Origin: Flectonema sp. DT1601
Taxonomy: Eukaryota
NCBI GenBank assembly: GCA_964019425.1
Contig: OZ025794.1
Location: 1,178,001-1,242,000, forward strand
Length of the DNA: 64,000 nt
Direction of reading: 5' to 3'
The notes beneath the pieces are model-generated. The model was not told the DNA's origin. It saw only the letters and a program-made list of their open reading frames with translations, and ran no database searches. This document shows, one piece after another, positions 55,969 through 64,000 of this stretch (position 1 is the first letter of the stretch; each line of letters begins with the position of its first letter). A program made the translations under genes and the position numbers.

Positions 55969-57045
55969 TATTATTTTCCCCCGACCAAATATCAATATAC
56001 CCGCACCTTTTTTCCATTCTACGGTGGAAACCATCAAGTTCTATAGAGAAGCTGCTGCTGACCGAAAGGTTTGGTGGTGACTGCCTCTATCAGAACTGCG
56101 GAAAAAAAGAGACAACCAACGTCTTGATGCTTTCAACTCTCGGGTGCGTACTTTCGGGTACTCCCTGTTGGTTAGAGTAACAAGGGATCTGGTTGATCCA
56201 GCTTTAATCTTTATTTTGTTCTCCTGATAAAGTAAGTTTTGTAAATGTAATGCTTGTTGACGAACCTCTGTTTTTTACTCATTCTTCTTCAATTAAGTAA
56301 AGTGAAAAAGATTTTCTCGTCGTCTGCTGAAGAAAAAGTTTTTACTGCCTGACGCCTACCTCCCTTTTTTGATTATTATACGAAAATATGAAATTCTTAT
56401 TTTTTTTTCAAGGAGAGAACCGATTTAAATAAAAAGTAGTTTTTTATCTACAATCTGTTTGCGTGATGTTTCGGCTCAATTTTGCCTGCACAAACTTCTA
56501 ATTACTAACTCAGTGAGTGTCATTTCTTCCTCTCTTTTCTTGTTATTTATTTCTCTTTTATCGATCATGGCTTTTGATCGATGTTTTCTTTTTATTAATT
56601 TGAATTAGTCTCCAACGTTTGTACAACTGGACGAGTTCTACGATTCGTATATTTATTTTATTTTATTGATCTTATTCTGTTTTAATTATGTTATAAAGAT
56701 ATAATACATTGACTCTTTAAATCTTTCCTCTGTTTGTTTTTGTTTCCTTCGGAACTGATGTTCAGTTGGGGAAGTTATTTTTATCCACTTGGCTTTGAGC
56801 TGAGGTGACAGTTTTTCTTTTTATTAGTTGTCTGCCCCGCTCACAAGCGAGTTCTTCTGAGCTCAGTCTTTGCGACTTCTCGTTGGTTATTCAGAACATT
56901 TTTAACAGGATTCGATATCAATAAAAAATATGTGAAATTACCTTCTTAGTTCTCACAGTGGTTGATTAGTTTTGTTTTGAATTTGATAATTATTTCTGAA
57001 CAGTTTGCGTTTAGTCAACTAACCAACAAAACCAAAAAAAAGAAA

Positions 57046-57696
57046 ATGGGAAACTACATGACTGGAGCATCAGTGATTAAGAGAACTAAACCATCAAGAG
57101 TAATGGACACTGACTCTGGAGTATTAAGTGATCCTGCACATATCAGAGGATGGATTCAAGGTAATGATGCTAACGCCATGTTAGTGAGATTACAAAGAGA
57201 AGTTCCATTTGAAAAGAATCCGAGATGGACAATCGGATATAAATTACCTCAAAGTGCTTACTACTATGATGAGAAGGCCAGAAAGAAGAATCCAATCCCT
57301 GTTCTCGAGGACTTAGCAACGGCTATGGAATCAAGTTTCAATTGTAATGTATTTACTATTTGGTGTAATCTATTTGAAGATGGTGGTTCTCATATTGAAT
57401 GGCATCAAGACCAATATGGATATGATTGTTTTACTCTTTCTCTTGGAGCAACGAGAAGGTTTCTAATGAGACCGAAGGGAAAGAAGGAAATAATTGCCAG
57501 CTACGATCTCGCACACGGAGACGTTTATTTCTTCTCTCAAGATGCTGATAAGAGAAATGAGCATTCAGTTCCGAAGGATAGCTCATCGCTGTCAGCTGAA
57601 CGGTTGTCTATTTTATTCTTTGTTGACTTTCCTGGTAGCAAAGCTGAAGGATGGCACTACAACCCGAAGACTATCGATTACGGTAAAAAGCGTTAA
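57046..57696 (+). CDS. AlkB-like 2OG-Fe(II) dioxygenase, copy 2 (216 aa)
   Basis: Near-identical to copy 1; N-terminus MGNY. Confidence 0.88.
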   Translation: MGNYMTGASVIKRTKPSRVMDTDSGVLSDPAHIRGWIQGNDANAMLVRLQREVPFEKNPRWTIGYKLPQSAYYYDEKARKKNPIPVLEDLATAMESSFNCNVFTIWCNLFEDGGSHIEWHQDQYGYDCFTLSLGATRRFLMRPKGKKEIIASYDLAHGDVYFFSQDADKRNEHSVPKDSSSLSAERLSILFFVDFPGSKAEGWHYNPKTIDYGKKR

Positions 57697-58772
57697 TCGG
57701 AAGATGTTTCTTATTTTTCTTTCTCTCATTTCTTTTATACACAAATTGGGGACACTAAGCCTTTTTCCCAACCATTACTGCAACGTTGTTATTTTATTTT
57801 ATTTTTATTATCTTCTGAATTACTATAAAGCAAAATGGCAGTACACTATGCCACAATGTTATTATTATTTCTCTACGCCTTTTTTTCAATTGCAACTTTA
57901 GTCTTTATTTTGTTCTCCTGATAAGGTTTGGAACATGTAATGATGGTTGACAAAACTCTCTTTTTTTCCCAATTCGTCCCCTCTTCCGTATTGTTTTTAT
58001 TTCTTCAGATATAAAAAATAAATAAATTAACAAAATCGGATTCCCCGTTGTTCTGTTCTGTTCTGGCCAAGTATTGTTGGGGGCTGGAATAATAATCTAT
58101 AAAAAATAATTTAAAAAAAAAAAAAAAAAACTGCCTGACGCCTACCTCCCTTTTTTGAATATTATACCAAAATGTGAAATATTGTTATTTTGATAAATTA
58201 TGCACCGACTGGGTCGAAGAAGAAACTATTCAGATTCAGGGAAATGTTATCTATTTCTCTGTGCGCCTGTCTGCGATCAACAAAACAAAATATATAAATC
58301 TTTATCCGGATGGTTTGAAAAGTAGTTTTTATCTACAATCTGTTTGTGTGATGTTTCGGTTCAATTTTGCCTGCACAAACTTCTAATTACTAACTCAGTG
58401 AGTGTCATTTCCTCCTCTGTTTTCTTGTTATTTATTTCTCTTTTATCGATCATGGCTTTTGATCGATGTTTTCTTCAATTTGTTCGACCCCGCTCAAAGC
58501 GAGTTCTTCTGAGCTCATCGCCTGTGTTAGCTGGTGACGGCCTGCTGGTGTCTGCCTACTCAAAAGTGAGTTCTTCTGAGCTCAGTCTTTGCGACTTCTC
58601 TTTGTTTATTAAGCATTTTCAACAGGATTTTATAGACAACCGTCGGCAACAAAAAATATGTGAAATTACCTTGTTAGTTCTCACAGTGGTTGATTAGTTT
58701 TGTTTTGAATTTGATAATTATTTCTGAACAGTTTACGTTTAGTCAACTAACCAACAAAACTAAAAAAAAAAA

Positions 58773-59423
58773 ATGGGAAACTCTATGACTGGAGCATCAG
58801 CGATTAAGAGAACTAAACCATCAAGAGTAATGGACACTGACTCTGGAGTATTAAGTGATCCTGCACATATCAGAGGATGGATTCAAGGTAATGATGCTAA
58901 CGCCATGTTAGTGAGATTACAAAGAGAAGTTCCATTTGAAAAGAATCCGAGATGGTCAGTCGGATATAAATTACCTCAAAGTGCTTACTACTATGATGAG
59001 AAGGCCAGAAAGAAGAATCCAATCCCTGTTCTCGAGGACTTAGCAATGGCTATGGAATCAAGTTTCAATTGTAATGTATTTACTATTTGGTGTAATTTAT
59101 TTGAAGATGGTGGTTCTCATATTGAATGGCATCAAGACCAATATGGATATGATTGTTTTACTCTTTCTCTTGGAGCAACGAGAAGGTTTCTAATGAGACC
59201 GAAGGGAAAGAAGGAAATAATTGCCAGCTACGATCTCGCACACGGAGACGTTTATTTCTTCTCTCAAGATGCTGATAAGAGAAATGAGCATTCAGTTCCG
59301 AAGGATAGCTCATCGCTGTCAGCTGAACGGTTGTCTATTTTATTCTTTGTTGACTTTCCTGGTAGCAAAGCTGAAGGATGGCACTACAACCCGAAGACTA
59401 TCGATTACGGTAAAAAGCGTTAA
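58773..59423 (+). CDS. AlkB-like 2OG-Fe(II) dioxygenase, copy 3 (216 aa)
   Basis: Near-identical to copy 1; N-terminus MGNS. Confidence 0.88.
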   Translation: MGNSMTGASAIKRTKPSRVMDTDSGVLSDPAHIRGWIQGNDANAMLVRLQREVPFEKNPRWSVGYKLPQSAYYYDEKARKKNPIPVLEDLAMAMESSFNCNVFTIWCNLFEDGGSHIEWHQDQYGYDCFTLSLGATRRFLMRPKGKKEIIASYDLAHGDVYFFSQDADKRNEHSVPKDSSSLSAERLSILFFVDFPGSKAEGWHYNPKTIDYGKKR

Positions 59424-59583
59424 TCGGAAGATGTTCCTATTTTTCTTTCTCTCATTTCTTTTATACACATAGGGGGCAGTAATTCTTTATTGCACTACTG
59501 ACATTAATCTAGTACCCTGTGCTAGTTGTCGTTGTGCCATGAAAGTCTTTCTTGTGATAAGTGTCACATGCTTCCCTTCCCTT

Positions 59584-59618
<35 letters not shown>

Positions 59619-60718
59619 GAAGATTTTTTCAGATTCACCTGCCTTAATTACTATTACTGAAAAAAAAAGAGACAAGAAAAAAGGGTTTATTTTCCCTTCT
59701 TTTCATTCTCTTTTTCTCGATCTTCTTTTTTTTTTCCTCCCTTTTCGCATGTTTAAAAAAACGCAGAGGGTGTGGGTGTCTTATGTTTTAAGCAGCTTCG
59801 CTTTCGTTAAAAATAATATCAGAAAGCCAAAACTTAGGTGCCCACGCTGCTGCTGTCAACGTTGTTTCTTTTTTTTTTTTTTGAATTACTATAAAGCAAA
59901 ATGGCAGTACACTATGCCACGATGTTATTATTATTTCCCTACGCCTTTTTTTCAATTACAACTTTAATCTTTATTTTGTTCTCCTGATAAAGTTTGGAAC
60001 ATGTAATGATGGTTGACAAAACTCTCTTTTTCCCCCAGTCTTCCGTATTGTTTTTATTTCTCGAGATTTGAAAAAAAAAAAAAAAAAAAAAAAAAAGAAA
60101 TTTAACAAGTTCTGTTCTAGCCAAATATTGTTACTTGGATGCTGGAATAATATAAACAAAAAAAACGGCAAAAAAGAATAAAAAAATGTCTCATCGTTTA
60201 TTGAAAAAAAAAAAAAGTTTTACTGCCTGGAACCTCCCTTTTTGACCAAAGGTGGCCTTTTTTTTGTTGTTGTCTTTTTTCAAAAGAAGAAGGGAAGTGG
60301 ATCGATTTAAATAAAATCTGTTTGTGTGATGTTTCGGCTCAATTTTGCCTGCACAAACTTCTAATTACTAACTCAGTGAGTGTCATTTCTTCCTCTCTTT
60401 TCTTGTTATTTTCTTTTTATTGTCATGGCTTTTGATTGATATGTTTTTTTTTTGAAAGGGGTTGTCAACCGGTGCGAAACCAGTTCGGGAGAAATTTCCC
60501 TTTTCGCTCTCATCAATCGAAGTTATTAAGTGACTTGAATTGTGGTAATCTTTTTTTTTAAAATTTATTTTATAAAAACTATTTTCACACACACAGATCC
60601 GTTAACAAACAATAGTATGAAATAAGCAACTCTAACTCATTTCGTATCAACAGATGACAGAAGACATTTCATTACATTAAACACCGTACACTCCACAGAT
60701 AACATTTTTGTTTTCAAT

Positions 60719-61369
60719 ATGGGGAATTGCTGCAACAGTAACCCTTCGTTTCAGAGAATAAAACCGTCAGCAGTACTTGACAGCGATACAAATGTTTTAA
60801 GTGATCCTGCTGTAGTAAGAAAATGGATGTCAGAGTCAGAGGCTGATAAGATGTTCGTTAGACTCGAAGACAACGTTCCGTTTGAAAAAAATCCGAGATG
60901 GTCATTACTGTATAAATTACCTCAAAGTGCTTACTACTATGATGAGAAGGCCAGAAAGAAGAATCCAATTCCTGTTCTCGAGGACTTAGCAATGGCTATG
61001 GAATCAAGTTTCAATTGTAATGTATTTACTATTTGGTGTAATTTATTTGAAGACGGTAATGACTATATTGAATGGCATCAAAACCAATATGGATATGATT
61101 GTTTTACTCTTTCTCTTGGAGTTACGAGAAAGTATCACATGCGCTCGAAAAAAAACAAAAAAAACAAAAAAACATACAATCTCTCTAACGGAGATGTTTT
61201 CTTCGTCTCTCAAGATGCTGATCGCAAAAATGAACATTCGCTTCCCAAAGACAAAAAATCACAAATGGGAATGAGGATTTCTATTTTATTTTTCGTCGAC
61301 TTTCCCAACAGCAAACAACACGGGTGGCGGTATAATCCTCAGACAATTGACTATATAAGTGTAAAGTAA
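60719..61369 (+). CDS. AlkB-like 2OG-Fe(II) dioxygenase, divergent copy 4 (216 aa; HxN instead of HxD; MGNCC N-terminus)
   Basis: Same length and fold motifs, diverged termini, central part almost identical to copies 1-3; AAC (Asn) at 61082-61084. Confidence 0.85.
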   Translation: MGNCCNSNPSFQRIKPSAVLDSDTNVLSDPAVVRKWMSESEADKMFVRLEDNVPFEKNPRWSLLYKLPQSAYYYDEKARKKNPIPVLEDLAMAMESSFNCNVFTIWCNLFEDGNDYIEWHQNQYGYDCFTLSLGVTRKYHMRSKKNKKNKKTYNLSNGDVFFVSQDADRKNEHSLPKDKKSQMGMRISILFFVDFPNSKQHGWRYNPQTIDYISVK

Positions 61370-62061
61370 ATTTCAAAAAAATTTCCCCAATTCTTGTACT
61401 TCTATAAGTTATCGAGACTAAAGAATATTATCTTTTTTGGGTGAATGTATATTGTCTTTAAAAAGAGAAATAATGACGATTTGCGTTTCGTCATTAGAAC
61501 CTTAAAATTAACTCTAGCAAGCTGGTGCTCTACGTGAGATTCTATTCTCACTGAGCTTGCCTTAAAACGTCGTTATTGTGTAGCAGATGTGCTGCCTCCT
61601 CATCTGACTAGTGTCTCTGAATGAAGGTAAGGCAACGTTTGTACGCTGTAAAACGTGAAATGGAAAAAAAAAAAAAAGTTGTGAAAAATTTTCGCACCCC
61701 TTGATGACAGTACAAAAGGTTCAAAAAAATAAAAAAAGAAAATTATTTCTCTTCCCGTAAGGGAAGAATGCTTTATTTTAATTTTAAAATATATTTTCAA
61801 CCTCTTTTCTGAGGATTGTTATGATGCTGGTCATCATAAAGACGTGGCATAATATCTAGTGTTCGATTACGTGTCCCGTCTCCTGGCGATGCATCCTGTG
61901 TTCTATTAGTTAATTACAACCCTCTCTCTCTCTTTTCATATGCTGTGGCAGAAAAAAAAAAAAAAAAAAAAAAAAAAAACTGTTCTTTTTTATCCGTTTA
62001 ATGATTTGAAAATAATGATTTTCGGTACTATTTTCTTTTTTTTTAATTCTCCTAATTACTA

Positions 62062-62092
<31 letters not shown>

Positions 62093-62695
62093 TCGGGGGC
62101 AGTAACAATTTATTTTGTGCGCAACCTGTTATCTTATCAAAGTAAATAAGTTCAGTTAAGCTGCCACAATTATCTTAATACCGGACAATAGGTTTGTAGG
62201 TACAAAAGAACAGGCGAATACTTTTTCCAGATCAATTGTTATTGTGAAATGGTGCGTCTCTTCCTCTCTAAAAGTTGTTTCTGTCATTACGAGGTAATTC
62301 CGTTTACGGTATTTGTCTAAGTATTTGTATCCGCCAGTTCGATTCCTCGTTTGCACTATTTTTTTTTTCTTTTTCTCTCAATTTCCAACAACTACAATGT
62401 TTTCTTTCTCCTTGTAGTTATTTTTACTAGCTCTTTTACACCTTTGTTTTTTTTTCTTCTTTTTCTACAACATTGATATGCCTCTAATCAGTGAGCCTTA
62501 ACAGGGTGCGCCTTGTTTGCTTTTATTCCCAAATAATTACGTTTTGTATTTATTTAATGTTTGCGAAATAAAATCATTGCCCCTTTAGCTCTTTTTTTTT
62601 TGACAATTTTCGTCGAGTAAAAAAAAACATAAATTATATTGCTTATTTTTGTTATAGGTTGTGGTCAAAAAAAAAAAGAAAATAAATAAAAAAAA

Positions 62696-64000
62696 ATGAT
62701 TAGCCGGATTCTTGGGAGAGATGCTCCAGCGATCGTAGAGTCTGCTGTGGAACATATTATAACCGTAGCACCACCACCACCACCGAAAACGAGAGTACTT
62801 TATATTTCAAAAAATTGGAGAGGTTTGATGCATCATCTTGCAAAGAATTTACGAACAAAAGGAGTCAAACTTAACAAAGAAGAACAAGGTGAGAAATTAG
62901 GTAAGGGAATACTAAAAATAGGAAGTTCAATACCGAAAGTTGTCGGAGCAACACTCACAGGAAGAGAACATCAACTTGAAAGGGATTATCATGACTTTGA
63001 TCCGAGGACTATGAAAAAAAAGAAATACACGGAAATAAAAGATCGAGATGAACGAGAAGAGTTCCTCTACGGAATAAAGAAAGAAGACCGATTTATGAAA
63101 CATCTCACTAAAGTATTTGAGAGAAGTGGTTATCGACTTATTCAAAAGGAAGATGTTGCATACGCGCGAGTCCACTCATTTCATCGTTTTCGTTTTGATG
63201 TTAAGTATGCCTGGTTGGATTCTGCTCTCTTTAAAAGAATATTTCACTACTTGAAAATAGAAACTACATCGGTAAATCCACTTGACGATCTCCCCTTCAA
63301 CGGCAACGTTCTAATGTTTGTTCGTGGAGATGGGGAAGTAAGTACTTCTGGTTATTTTTATTTAGATAAGATCGATTCAATAATTCACAGAATATCTGAT
63401 TCATATTACTACCTACTCATGTTAACATTTCCTGTCAGCAGTAGATTCTTCAACCCGGATATTGATGATTGGGCTGCTGCTTACAAAAGTAAGCTGCACC
63501 ATTCAGAATTCATCCCTGATCGTCTTGATGTTGATGATCAGCTGTTACTCTCATGGAGATCAATCAGAACTTTATTAGGATCTTGTACACTTCGAGAAAG
63601 GACATATAAATCCGTTGTCTGTTTGTATAGAAGAAAAAGAACAGCTCAGTCGTTAGACACGAACACCCATTGGAGAACAGGTGGACAGGGGTTTAATGAT
63701 AAAAATATTGAAATTCAACAATACAGTCACGTTCCTGTAACTGATATTCAAATTCTACTTCCTGAAAAGACCGTTAGACAAAAACCAATGGACGTTATTG
63801 GATTGGCTTCAATGGGCGCAGTACTATCGACAATGCTTTTTAAAATGTATGCGATTGGAACTGTTTTTACCATGAGTCAGCTAGCCTTAATAGGAGCATG
63901 CAGTGGTTACACAATGCGATTGGTCAGTAAATGGAGATCAGCACAAGTTCGTTATATGCATTCAGCAGAAACTATGAGAGCAAAGAATCATCTTAGTACT
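62696..64000 (+). CDS. TMEM143/DUF3754-like protein, 3'-truncated by the window
   Basis: Hand translation from ATG 62696 (absent from the ORF track, presumably because no stop is reached): MISRILGRDAP...LERDYHDFDP...VLMFVRGDGE..SGYFYLDKID...TYKSVVCLYRRK...YSHVPVTDIQILLPEK, followed by hydrophobic segments. Confidence 0.75.
   Translation, partial: MISRILGRDAPAIVESAVEHIITVAPPPPPKTRVLYISKNWRGLMHHLAKNLRTKGVKLNKEEQGEKLGKGILKIGSSIPKVVGATLTGREHQLERDYHDFDPRTMKKKKYTEIKDRDEREEFLYGIKKEDRFMKHLTKVFERSGYRLIQKEDVAYARVHSFHRFRFDVKYAWLDSALFKRIFHYLKIETTSVNPLDDLPFNGNVLMFVRGDGEVSTSGYFYLDKIDSIIHRISDSYYYLLMLTFPVSSRFFNPDIDDWAAAYKSKLHHSEFIPDRLDVDDQLLLSWRSIRTLLGSCTLRERTYKSVVCLYRRKRTAQSLDTNTHWRTGGQGFNDKNIEIQQYSHVPVTDIQILLPEKTVRQKPMDVIGLASMGAVLSTMLFKMYAIGTVFTMSQLALIGACSGYTMRLVSKWRSAQVRYMHSAETMRAKNHLST

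Larger units (their letters stand above)
54030..61369 (+). repeat. Tandem segmental duplication array carrying the four dioxygenase genes and shared intergenic blocks
   Basis: Start-to-start spacing is 2501, 1727 and 1946 bp. Intergenic block ~54045-54235 recurs at ~56675-56865. Block ~56450-56590 recurs at ~58335-58475 and ~60316-60440. Confidence 0.9.

Noticed and set aside
55205..56180. ORFs made of DGSTLCR, MAVHYAV, YCHHGIV or SRHSVLP repeats
   Set aside because: By-products of a 21-bp unit lacking stops in several frames; paralogous positions are non-coding.

Overview
Eukaryotic genomic DNA, probably from a protist. Every credible gene lies on the + strand, with few GT-AG introns, which suggests a euglenozoan (diplonemid-like) host; this is inference only. 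In order, the window holds: (1) 1-~5200, the 3' part of a Penelope-like retroelement. Its RT ORF continues into a Josephin-like Cys-His-Asp domain, a 21-bp coding repeat and a frameshifted low-complexity tail. A structured 3' region follows, containing all hammerhead-ribozyme core nucleotides with the three strands in a non-canonical, pseudoknotted order. (2) 5611-38329, a five-exon gene for a ~10,644-aa secreted protein with a catalytically degenerate leishmanolysin (M8) domain plus lectin, Ig-like, WSC/PAN, Kelch, EGF and Cys-rich modules. (3) A 2531-aa protein with four ankyrin+propeller modules, a degenerate kinase/propeller protein, a frameshifted Ubl/DUF4116-like pseudogene and a coiled-coil protein. 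(4) Four tandem AlkB-like dioxygenase genes with N-acylation motifs, a gene-conversion tract and a 28x21-bp minisatellite. (5) A TMEM143/DUF3754-like gene running off the right edge. All family calls come from motif recognition by eye; no searches or folding programs were run.
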